Positions 53,161-64,000 of a DNA stretch of 64,000 nt are shown in pieces. The stretch comes from Octopus vulgaris. Taxonomy: Eukaryota. Made by a program: the position numbers and the translations under genes. Position 1 is the first letter of the stretch, and each line of letters starts with the position of its first letter. The notes beneath the pieces were generated by a model that made no database searches, was not told where the DNA came from, and was given only the letters and a program-made list of their open reading frames with translations. Where the stretch lies: NCBI GenBank assembly GCA_951406725.2, contig OX597815.1, positions 11,656,001 to 11,720,000 on the forward strand, in the 5' to 3' direction.

Positions 53161-54281
53161 TCGTGGACAAAAGAATGGAAACTCCTAGCATCATATTATC
53201 ATAATTTTGAAATAACTATATATCCACAAAAGCTTTGTTTTTTGGTATTTATCATTAGTGTGGCTTAATATATATTTTGCTAAAATTGCTGTTTCTTTTC
53301 AGATATCTTCGAAAAAGGGTAATTCAAATTCATTAAAATGACAGATCTATCCGATTTTCCAAGAGGATAGGCGCTAGCGTGACGAAAACAGCCGAAATGT
53401 TTGGTGTATCAAGAAGTACTGTCTCGAAAATATTGACAGCCTTTGAGAAGAGGGGAAAACCTCCTCGTCGAAGCAAAACACCGGAAGGAAACCAAAACTT
53501 TCAGAGGGGGACTGTCAGACACTTACGCGAATTGTAAGAAAGGATCACAAAAGTACAGCTCCCAAAATTACTGCAGAGCGTAATGACTACATCGAGAACC
53601 CAATTTCCACAAAACTGTTTGCCGGGAGCTGCAAAAAGCCGGATTTCACTGAAGGGCTGCAATAATAATAACCGCTACTTTCAGTAACAAATGTTGCAAA
53701 CCATTTAGATTGGAGTAAAAATCTACAGAATTGGTCCCTAGATCAGTGGAACAATGTTATTTTCTCGGACGAGTCACCTTTACCTTATTTCTGACACACG
53801 GGCGACTACACGTGTGGAGCCAGCTAAAAGAAATATCTTACCCAGACTGCCTACTTCCAAATTTTATATGATCAAATTCATCCTATAGTTGCAAAACTGT
53901 TTCCGGAGGGAAACACAATCTTTCAGGATGAAAATGCACCAATTCACAAAGCTAAATTTCTTACTAAATGGCATAAGGAACATTCTGGTGAAGTGGAACA
54001 TCTTATCTGGCTACCACAGTCACCAGATATTAATATTATTGAACATTTATGGTGCGTGTTAGAAAAACAAGTAAGGAGTCGATATCCTCCACCATGTTCA
54101 CATCAAGAACTGGAGACTGCTTTAGCTGAAGAATGGGCGAAAATTCCTTTGGAAACTATTCAAACTCCGTACGGGCCCATACGTCGTAGAATTCAAGCTG
54201 TAAAGGCGGTCCTATCTCATATTAAAATAAATTTGTTTGAAATTTTAAGGTGATTTCATCACTTTGTCCGACTCCCGTATG
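53161..54281 (+). mobile_element. Tc1-like DNA transposon with a disrupted transposase (ATG 53338), DD36E spacing
   Basis: MTDLSDF, ASVTKTAEMFGVSRSTVSK (HTH), GRKPKLS, WNNVIFSDES, FQDENAPIH, WLPQSPDINIIEHLW, RRRIQAV. Degenerate TIRs TGGACAAAAGAATGGAAAC and TTTCATCACTTTGTCCGA. Confidence 0.92.
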
Positions 54282-54337
54282 TATACATATACATGCATAC
54301 ATGCATACATACATACATACATACATACATACATACA

Positions 54338-54373
<36 letters not shown>

Positions 54374-54376
54374 TAT

Positions 54377-54597
54377 ACAATTCATAAATAAGGGCAAACG
54401 AAAAAATTTCTAATGCCAAATATGCCGAAAAATTGGACATATTGTCCATTAACCATATAATTTTACAAATTTCTGTCCACCTTTTTTCGAGTAGCGTGCG
54501 TATTGTGAAAAGATTATATGGTTAATGGACAATATGTCCAATTTTTCGGCATATTTGGCATTAGACATTTTTTCCTTTGCCCTTCTTTATGAATTGT
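54377..54597. mobile_element. (TA)n-adjacent fold-back cassette with ~85-bp arms
   Basis: Arms are near-exact reverse complements and give the twin MDNMSNFSAYLAL ORFs on opposite strands. Confidence 0.88.
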
Positions 54598-54696
54598 TTA
54601 TAATTTTAACCTTTAAACGTATTTTTTTAATATGCTGGCCATTGATAAAATTTTTTGGGGAAAAAACTTTTTTCGAAAAAAAATTTATCCTACATT

Positions 54697-54752
<56 letters not shown>

Positions 54753-54834
54753 TACGGCGAATGGACACCGAAAAAATTCCACTTTCCTGTTTGATTAGTT
54801 GTGTGTACGTATCTCTCTCTCTCTTTCTCTCTCT

Positions 54835-54877
<43 letters not shown>

Positions 54878-56132
54878 GCATATATTTGAGTATCTTTGTG
54901 TGTGTAATGAACAAAGAACACCAAAGAATTTTACAGAAAAACACAGAACCTGTTACATGAAATTTTTACACAGGTTTTCTCCAGAGATATAAGGATTTCA
55001 GCTTTTAGGGGACAGGTTGGTCGATTCAACTGTACCCATTATGTGAGATTCAATTTATTTTATTCTGTCACAATATAAAACATAAATATATATATATTAC
55101 AAAACACGCTCTTCCATTTTTTGGCATTTGTCGATTTGAGCTCTACAATTTCGACATGCAACAAATTTATTATGCTACCCGTTTTACATCTGCATACAAC
55201 AATCAATGGATATAAAGCTGAGTTGTGACATAGATATTGTACACAATAGATATTGTGGCTAGTGCTAGTATTTCGTTAGACAGTTTATATGAGAAAAATA
55301 ACGGTGTAACTAATATATCTGAACTCCCAAGTTGTAATGTAGATATTACTTTTATTTTTCTTAATATACGTGATACATCGTGGAAACATTGAAAGAGTAA
55401 CACACACCAACACACACAGAGACACACGTGTGTGTGTGTGGAGGGGGGTCCGCGTATGCGTGTGCTCATGTGTGTGTGTCCCTACGTATGCGTGTGCATA
55501 TGTGTGCGTGTATCTGTGTATTATGTGTCGCTGTGTGTTAGAATTATATCATATAAAATGGAATAGGAAAGAATTCAGATTTACACGAAGCGTCTCAATA
55601 TTTTTCAATAGATAAATAAAGAATAAATAGAATAGAGAATGAAAGGAAGCGAATTTGGGTGAAAAAACGAAAAATCAAAGTATAGCAGAAGGTGAAAAAA
55701 ATTGGGAAATATTTCTTTTTATTGCTTTTTATCCAGTCTCTGTGACAAATTTAAAATGAGTAATGATGAAAGCACACGCACACGTTCGTTTGTCACGCTG
55801 GGTTCAATTTGTTCCTGTAATACTGTTGACATTATTTTTTTTTTTTTCACGAAAGCTAGCGTTGCTGCGTTTTTTTTTTCTCCCAGTCTTTCCTAGAGAA
55901 GCAATAAAGTAATGACAAAAGTTTTGTTAATTTGTAAGCGGAGTAAAAATAAATGTTTGGGTAAATGATACCTCGATATTTTGCACGTGATCATGGCCCG
56001 TATCAAACATTGCACTCAACGGTTCATTAACAGATGTTCCCTTATTGTACAAGCAAAGAAATCTAACCCCAAACAGAATACAAGTAATTTCCACATTAAC
56101 ATTAGGTACTCGGTTACCTATCATCGCTCTAA

Positions 56133-56453
56133 AAAAAAAGACTCCGCCGGTTACGACGACGAGGGTCCCAGCTGATACGATCAACGGAACAGCTTGCTCG
56201 TGAAATTAACGTGCAAATGGCTGAGCATTCCACAGACACGTGTACTCTTAACGTAGTTCTCGGGAATAATCAGCGTGACACAGAGAGTGACAAGGCTGAC
56301 CCTTTGAAATACAAGTACAACTCATTTTTGCCAGCTGACTGGAGCAACGTGAAATAAAGTGTCTTGCTCAAGGACACAACGCGTCGCCGGGAATCGAACT
56401 CACAACCTTACGATCATGAGCCGAATGCCCTAACCACTAAGCCACGCGCCCTC
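56133..56453 (-). mobile_element. Full-length SINE family B2 with ~17-bp TSD and T-tail
   Basis: A box TGGCTTAGTGGTTAGG, B box GAGTTCGATTCCC, then GTGTCCTTGAGCAAGACACTT. TSD ACCTATCATCGCTCTAA at 56116-56132 and 56454-56470. Confidence 0.93.
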
Positions 56454-57379
56454 ACCTATCATCGCTCTAATTGCATAATGACAATCAGCGAATTCAAAAT
56501 ACACTCTTGTATAGTGCAACTTGGTAGCTATATTTCCATTTAATTTAGTGGAATACGTCAGCTCTCTTGGAAAATCGTGGATACTCCCTCCTCAAAACAC
56601 ATGACACTCTAAATCGGACCCTAGTTGAGAAACCCATTTCGTATGATGCCTTTTTGCGTTTAAATGCCCAAATAATACAATCAATTTCCTCACACTACAA
56701 AAGATGCGAAATATTCCTGAAATCGCTTTCTACCATCTTTAAATAAGAGCATTTAATGACCATATGCAGGTTGTGTTTATATACTATGAAAATACTTTAC
56801 AACTATGAAGAAAACTGAGGAGCTTGCATTGACCGGCTAGAGTGTTTCTTCACCAATAACTGTTCATTTTCTTCTCAGCAACCATCACTATCAATCGAAT
56901 GTGATACGTGACGATACTTTCTTTAGTAAATAATGTACAAACCACTTTATATGCGAATAGTTTGAGGCAAACTAGGTGGGGGGCATAACATTCCTCACCC
57001 ATCAAAGCTAACTACAGAGAGAAGGCTCTAGAAATAATAAAATTGCATAATTGGTAACCTAGCATGCCTCTGATCCTCAGACAGTCAATTATAAAAGAGT
57101 AAAAAGAATATATTATATTTCGAATCAAAATTAAAATATTTATATTATTAATCTCTACTATGGTATGTAGTACAATTTCTTCTGACAGCCAACGTTAAAC
57201 ACACACACGCACATATTCACGTACACACATGCACAAACACACACATGCGTATGTGTGCATATTTTTATGTAGATGTGCGCGTGTGAGAGTTTCTATACAT
57301 ACATCTTAGGATTCATATCTACACGCGTATGCAAGTATTTCGATGTATGCGTGAGTTGATGTTTTTCCAAAATGTGTGC

Positions 57380-58035
57380 GCAAAAGAAAAACTGTACACT
57401 TTACACATGGGTGACAACGATGCAGCTCATCATGCTTGTCACGGTTGGATTGATCATTCGCTTTGATCATTAAATACGTCACAGTGTCTTTGAAATATGA
57501 AAGTAAATTTGATTGTTTTTCTTAATTAAAATGATTTATCCATTATGATGTACTTCCAAGTGGTCAGACAAGCATAAAAGAGATTTACTTTGACGAGCTG
57601 AGGCGTATGAGAGACAGTATAAAGTGAGCGATCTGACGTATAGGCATGCAATGTCTTGTTGCTTCGCCACTGCAATGTATAGCTCACGCGTCACCTATTA
57701 TCTGTGACTTTTCGTTGAAGCACGAAACAAATCTCGCCCCGCAGTCGCCGAGTAAACCCCTTTGGATATTTCACGATATTGAAATATTAAATCTAACTTA
57801 GTAGGCCACCAATTTCTCACAATACAAGAAATCGAAGAAGAATCGACTCGAGAAATGTGTATGAATTCAAAGAAAATTTTCCAGAAGGCATTTCGGATCA
57901 AGAAGGTAATTTGGGAATGATCTATCGAAAGTATACAGTTCTCATTTGGAGGAGTTAGTCATAGTTACAATATAAAACGTAGCAATAGGATTATGATTAT
58001 TATTTTGTTATGAATTTTAACCTTTGGAGAAACCT
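57380..58035 (+). pseudogene. Mariner (DD34D-type) transposase remnant
   Basis: ELRRMRDSI, LLLRHCNV..HAS (cf. LHHDNAPAH) and LVGHQFLTIQEIEEESTRE..FQKAF..WE..FGG. GAAACCTCATA TIR-like end. Confidence 0.7.
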
Positions 58036-58721
58036 CATATCCTTTGAAATATACACATTCAAACAAGTATAGGAATATAATTATATGTTCGTATGCGCAT
58101 ACATGTACATTATAAGGTACACTAGAGAAACGAATATGTGTGATTGTGTATCTAAATATAGACCGCATATATAAATCTATCTATCTGTCTATCGCTCTAT
58201 CTACCTACCCATTTGTCTGTTTCTCTCCACCTTTCTCTCTCCACATATCTGTCCGTCTGCCTCTATCTATCGATCTATCCAAATTCTATCTGCATGGATG
58301 CATGTTTATATGTACTTCAAATATGTGTGTTTTATAAATAAGATCTATTAATTGAATGTAAACATATTTGTGTATATCTATAGCACAGTCTCTTTCGCTT
58401 CATCTCTTTCAGTATATAAATATGTATATGTCATTGTCTGTATAAGAACACTCACCTGCATACTCACAGAAAAAAAAAAAATCATATCTACAAGGAATGA
58501 AATAGAAATATGTTTTGTAATCCCACATTGAGAAGAAATAATCAAAATAGAGGAATTGATTTTAGTGATAAGAGTGGAAAATAGGGCTAACTGAAACACA
58601 TAGCTAACGAAAATAAGAATCGGCTTCTTTAGGCTTTTATTTTAATAGAAAATGAAATGTTTCAGAATTTTATTTTTCCCGCAACTTGCTTTAAATGAAG
58701 TCGATAAAGAAAAAGTAGAAA

Positions 58722-59650
58722 TCTATATCTATAAAAGACAGGATGTGTTGTTTATATGTGTGTATGTGAATGTAATTTATGCACGTCCATAAATTAGCAC
58801 GCATGCCCAATTTTAGGAGGACATTGGTCACAACGATGGCTGTGTTATTGTCAACTTATTTTCCCTGGGGCGCCCACGGATAGCGGTAAAAATCGATTTT
58901 CAACCATAACTTTTACCAATTTCCACGTCGGTGAAATCTGTAAGTTTGCTAACTATAGTTATGTCCCCTGTTTAGCAATGGTGAAAAGGGAAAACAAAGT
59001 GTAAATTTTTAGATTGTCACCCACACAATCTTCACTAAGAAAAAAAATCGGAATCAATTATCCTGACCTCCTAATATGCTGCAAATCCCTTATTGTGGTT
59101 CGGGAAAAAGGAGGGGAAGCGACCCCCACCCCGGAATCAGTGGAAATTATAATTTTTTTCTCGTTGGATGAATTCCTGTGACCTAATATGCTACAAATAA
59201 TATAATGTGAAGTCCGAAAAACGGGGTAGGGTGAGGTGGAAACCTTGGAAATGTCACCCCCACCCCCATCAACCTTTTCACCAGCACGAATAGCAAGAAT
59301 AGAAATTCGAAAGTAATTATACTCAATGCTTCCAAATCTTTGAAATTTAATTCTCAAAAAACACAAATTTTAACACGTGATCTCTCTGTTCAAATGAAGC
59401 TTGGTAAATGGTAACTCAAAGTCGAAAGAACTCCTTTCTTTTACTCTCCTCCCCGCCAACTTATATTTGAGTGCATGTGTGTCTATGTGCCTCTGAGTGT
59501 GTGTATGTGTGTATGTGTGTGTGCGTGTGTGTGTGTGTGCGAAAGCGTAAATCATGTGGGTGTGTGCGCGCATACACACATGATTTACGCTTTCGTAATT
59601 TTTAGTTATATTCTATAACAATTCCTGCTAATACTACCGATGTTAACACC
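58722..59650 (+). mobile_element. Helitron-like element 5' portion
   Basis: A|TCTATATCTATAAAA start followed by (TG)-rich spacer, as in the other Helitrons. Internal CCTAATATGCT.CAAAT repeats; 3' end unclear. Confidence 0.4.
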
Positions 59651-59867
59651 ACTACTATAGGAACACAATAAATATTATTATTCTGATAACATATCATAGA
59701 AGTTTACACGTTCATGAATCTATGACTTATTTGCTGAGGCAGAAGTAATTTACCATTGTGTATTTAAAACCATTTTTTTGCTTCTGTGGTGCGTGAGAGA
59801 ATGGTCTTAATCGTTCCCAAGAAAGATAACTCCACGGAATTACTAGCTCTGTATGAGTTTTAAAAAA

Positions 59868-60251
59868 TCTCTCTATATATAAACGGCAGTTTGTCTGTGC
59901 TTTTTCTGTGTGTCTGTTTTCTCGGACCCTCACTCTGACCACGGCTTTCAACCGATTCTGATGAAACTCGACACACACATAGCCCAATGTCATAATTCAA
60001 AACTAACGCAGCGAAAATTTTGAAAAGTTCCTCCAGTTCTGAAAAAAAATCGATAAATTCGACATGGGGTCGAGAATCAGAAACCCAAACCACAGACCGT
60101 CTAGGGGACGCAACTCCACCTTTTTTAACTCTCAAAAAAATTTACCATCATTTTTTTTCCATTTTTTTGCTATTTTTTGGCTATAACTCTCTAAAAATGC
60201 TTTATAGTTATTTCCCTTACAAACCTGAGCAACGCCGGGCGATACTGCTAG
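59868..60251 (+). mobile_element. Non-autonomous Helitron
   Basis: A|TCTCTCTATATATAAACGGCAG start, CCTGAGCAACGCCGGGCGATACTGCTAG|T end. The first ~265 bp are near-identical to the reverse complement of 62285-62553. Confidence 0.92.
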
Positions 60252-61672
60252 TACATATATAATAGTTATTTATGTTTTTCCTAACTTTAAGCATCTATTA
60301 TTGCTTTTACAGCTCAGTACTCCGAGTTACCTACGTTAAACAGAAGTGTAAATGGAATATTTCTAAATGTGACCACCACTAAATATTTAACTCAAATATT
60401 TCAAGACTTGTGTATGCAAGCCAAATGCTCAATGTGCTTGTTTGATAAGAAGACCGTCAATTTGTGACTTTTTTAGCTGGCGTTTCTAACTTATTGTATG
60501 GGTACAAAAGCATTACTTCTGTCGATTGCTTGCCGTGGTTTCGAGTTTATACAAGCACATTTCCCTCTGTAGATAAGTTATTCATGCACGTATGCGTGGA
60601 TGATACTATGCGAATATGCAAGTATAAATGGAAACTGTATCACAAAGAAATATTCCATATTATAGCAGCTTTCTTTATTGATATTTCGGCATTTTTTCGA
60701 AAATGAAATTGCGAAAATATACATCACGTTTGAGACATATATTCTAAAGACATTTGTAACTTTCCTATTCTTATTATTTTACGCAGATTAATAATGTATT
60801 GAAGAAACCTTAAAAAGAAAGCAGTGAAAGTATTTTTTCTCCTCGAGCTAAACGAAAGTAGAGACGGCAATATTGGGAGTGTATATATGTGAGTGTGTAC
60901 ACGAGTAAAAATGTATATCTCCTTTCCTTTGCATTGGATGTAGTATATGTTTAGGTGGACCGAATGATTGTTGATTCTCCATATAATACTATGTGCCACG
61001 TCAAAGTGAAGTGGCAGATGCAGGAAGAGGATTGCATACAAGCTCTAATGTCTACATTGAAAACAAATATCCAAAGCCAAAGCAATAAGGAAAAATCAAA
61101 TAAGTATTTTATCCTTGATCAAGAAAGTTGTCAGATGCCTTGACAATTCGCTGCTGTGATACTAGCAACTTTTATCTCATTGCGTGCAAAAAATAATTGG
61201 TGTTTTTCTTCAGAAAATAAATGAAACATTGAATTACTGTTTTATATACACATTAATTTATACACCTATACTCAGATGCACTCATACACACACACACACA
61301 TGCACTAAAGAAATGTTACTCCATTGTTCTCTTTGGCTCTTTACAAGGATAAGAATTTCAATATTTATGTCAATCGTGTTTGGATTAATTGCCCTTTTAA
61401 ATCTACAACCGAAGCAAATTAGGACCAAAATACCAAGTAGAAATATCTAAAAATATTTTGAAGTATCAAATTATTTTCAGATAAACGAAGAACTTAAATA
61501 ACAAAAAAATGATTATGTTACAACGTATGTATCTGTTATAACATTTTTTACATTTACTCATATATTCAGATAAATGTTGATACAATTTTGTTAACGTACC
61601 ATTAATGAGCAGGAAATTAATATAATAATTTATAAACGTATATTTGATCCAAGTCTTCAGATTTAACGTAAA

Positions 61673-62553
61673 CTAGCAGAATTGCCCGGCGATGCTCGGG
61701 GCTGAATTGCTTGAAAGTACTGTTAATGATTGCACTGAATGATGATGATTATTCAGGCAAATATTGATATAAGTTTACGGTGGGAGATAAGGACTTAACG
61801 ATCAAACGTGTGCCATTGCATTGTTTTGGGGGAACTACATTTCTAATGAGCATTATAGGGGCACCAACTTTAAGTTTGAGAATGTGTGGTGGTAGTCCGG
61901 GGGGTGGGGGCTCAAAGGAATTGAGTACCTCTATTGGATAGTTGATGACGTCTTCTGAGTCAGGAGTTGTATCGATAGACTTATATACATAGACATCCCC
62001 AGGAATGATTTTTAGCATTTCATCATTAATATGGTGAACAGTTTTATTCCTCGGGGCCAGAATAGCCCTTTGGCCAATCCAATCCATATTCTGATAATTA
62101 GCTTGTAGATCTGCGAACATTGCATCTCTGAGATCAGAAGGCGTTTTAACAATGGTACAAATGGAATCGATGGCAATATTACCATTTTCATCCCCTGGTA
62201 TTTTGCCTTCGCCAAGTTGAGAGTTAAAAAGGTCGAGTTGCGTCCCCTAGACAGTCTGTACCAGGAATAGCTAGATATTGATGGAGTTGAAAGTTAAAAA
62301 GGTCGAGTTGCGTCACCTAGACAGTCTGTGGTTTGTGTTTCTGATTCTCGACCCCATGTCAAATTTATCGATTTTTTTCAGAACTGGGGGAACTTTTCAA
62401 AATTTTCGCTGCGTTAGTTTTGAATTATGACATTGGGCTATGTGTGTGTCAAGTTTCATCAGAATCGGTTGAAAGTCGTGGTCAGGGTGAGGGCACAACC
62501 TAACAGACACACAGACACGCACACAGACAAACTGCCGTTTATATAGAGAGAGA
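61673..62553 (-). mobile_element. Internally deleted Helitron carrying a PIF1-like helicase fragment
   Basis: 5' TC at 62553; 3' CCCGAGCATCGCCGGG hairpin plus CTAG at 61673; A|T target site. Confidence 0.93.
61772..62215 (-). pseudogene. Helitron RepHel PIF1 helicase fragment
   Basis: RAILAPRNKTVHHIN..YKSIDT..YPIEVLNS..GLPPHILKLKVGAPIMLIRN..CNGTRLIVK. Confidence 0.93.
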
Positions 62554-63531
62554 TGATATCTACGGTTTTAAGACTAACGCATTGTAGTCACTCTTAAAAA
62601 TCAAATAGTTTATCTCAAGTATAGTAGAGGCAGATTACTTCAACCACCCACCTCAGATTAATAGATATTGAGAGGTAAGGCAAAGCATAGGTACCATCAA
62701 AACAATGAGAACCGTAGGTGTTGGACTTCGAGTAGTGAAATATGAGAACTATCAACATCATCGAAAATATGATTTTCTTTCATAACTTGCAAGAACAATA
62801 TTCAATCAATAGTATTTTTGATGTATGACTCATAAAACGACGACTGCCAATAAACAGACACAATTGGAGCTGTACAATGTTCTTGCCTATAGCTATTAGC
62901 TGTATAAAGAAAATCTGACTTGTACTATATTGAGAAACTGGGTTATGAAGCTTTCTGAATGGAGGGGAACTACTTGAAGACTCTTCCCCCCATTTTGCGC
63001 ATGATTTCATACCATTGAAAACGATCCAGGTATGTTACCTCTAAGCAGTTACTTTCCACATTAAACTGCAGCCAAATTTCGCCCAGTTATATCCGACACA
63101 TTTAAATAAAGTTTATGTTCGACCATTTATTCGTAGTATTACAAAAATGCAATATTGCCTCGACTGGAATTTCTTTGATTATAGTTTTAATCGATTGAAG
63201 CAGACTTAGGACCAAAAAGGAACATGATCGAGCACACCTGCAAGGGTTTTACAAAGGCTGCGAAATGAAGTTTGAACTTGTCATGGATGTATGTATGTAT
63301 TCATACACCCATATCTATCTCTTCTCTCTCTCTCTCTCTCTCTCATTGATAACTGAAAATCCCTCGAACTTATTTGTTGCTGCCATTGAGCTACAATTAA
63401 ACTTTTTCCGCATGAAATGAAAAATAGAATATATTCGATCATACAGTTCTATGCTTAATAGATGAGGAATTATGTTTATCATTTACATTAATTACAATTG
63501 ACGGATATTTGTCCTCATCTTCTTTGTTGGT

Positions 63532-63577
63532 AACACAACTTTTCGGCTGATAAATCCTCCAGCCTTCATCAGGTGTC
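63532..63577 (-). ncRNA. Minimal type I hammerhead, left arm
   Basis: GACAC-CUGAUGA-A-GGCUG..CAGCC-GAAAAGUU-GUGUU. One stem III substitution relative to the GAAACGUU in the other copies. Confidence 0.6.
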
Positions 63578-63627
63578 TTGGGGGAAATTTCAAACCGGGG
63601 TTCCTGAGGTATTTTTCGACGTTGTTG

Positions 63628-63692
<65 letters not shown>

Positions 63693-63730
63693 GTTATTTT
63701 TTTTTTTCAGGTCACTCGAAATTTCCCCAA

Positions 63731-63775
63731 GACACCTGATGAAGTTGGAGGGCATATCATCCGAAACGTTGTGTT
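63731..63775 (+). ncRNA. Minimal type I hammerhead, right arm
   Basis: GACAC-CUGAUGA-AG..CC-GAAACGUU-GUGUU. Stem II is partly mutated. Confidence 0.6.
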
Positions 63776-64000
63776 AACAACAAACAAGATGTGGACAAAT
63801 ATCCATCAATTGTAAATAATATGGATAATGTAAATTCGATTAGTCCCCCAAGAAATAGTAGGACTTTTAGCAAAAAAGGAACTCACTAGTAGAAGAGTGA
63901 TCCCTTATATCTCCCCCTAGTTGAAAATGACAGGAAAGCACTGATATATTCCGGAGGAGATTAAAGATTTTCGAAAACAAAATACGGAGCCCAGGTCAAG

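Larger units (their letters stand above)
63441..63835. mobile_element. Inverted-repeat element with a hammerhead in each arm around a central (ATT)n
   Basis: 63481-63590 is the reverse complement of 63718-63835. A further arm copy is at 19136-19260. Confidence 0.88.

Noticed and set aside
59955-59972. CTGATGAAAC motif resembling a hammerhead core
   Set aside because: No stem II; part of the usual Helitron CCGATT..GATGAAA 5' motif.
60955-61143. Possible host exon after TTTAG
   Set aside because: No recognisable protein similarity; an alternative frame hints at decayed retroelement sequence.
62780-63030. LRR-like peptide EGNYLKTLPP
   Set aside because: In-frame stops nearby and too short to support.

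Overview
Very AT-rich, microsatellite-dense eukaryotic DNA, intergenic or intronic. I can find no intact host gene, and nearly all listed ORFs are translations of simple repeats. The repeat landscape suggests a cephalopod (Octopus-like) genome; this is inferred from SINE types and microsatellite load, not proven. Retroelements: three to four tRNA-derived SINE families, plus decayed R4/Dong, RTE, CR1 and Penelope-like (PLE) elements. DNA transposons: Tc1 (DD36E-like), maT-like and mariner relics, and Helitrons, one carrying a PIF1 helicase fragment. The most interesting signal is a set of short non-coding cassettes embedded in (TA)n or (TAA)n tracts. They carry type I hammerhead-ribozyme folds with compensatory stem changes and/or long fold-back palindromes. 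The best example, at 44013-44057, has an intact core and caps a ~135-nt rod-like hairpin. Another element has a hammerhead on each strand. Different retroelement lineages also appear to occupy different microsatellite motifs (TA, TAA, CATA, GATA).
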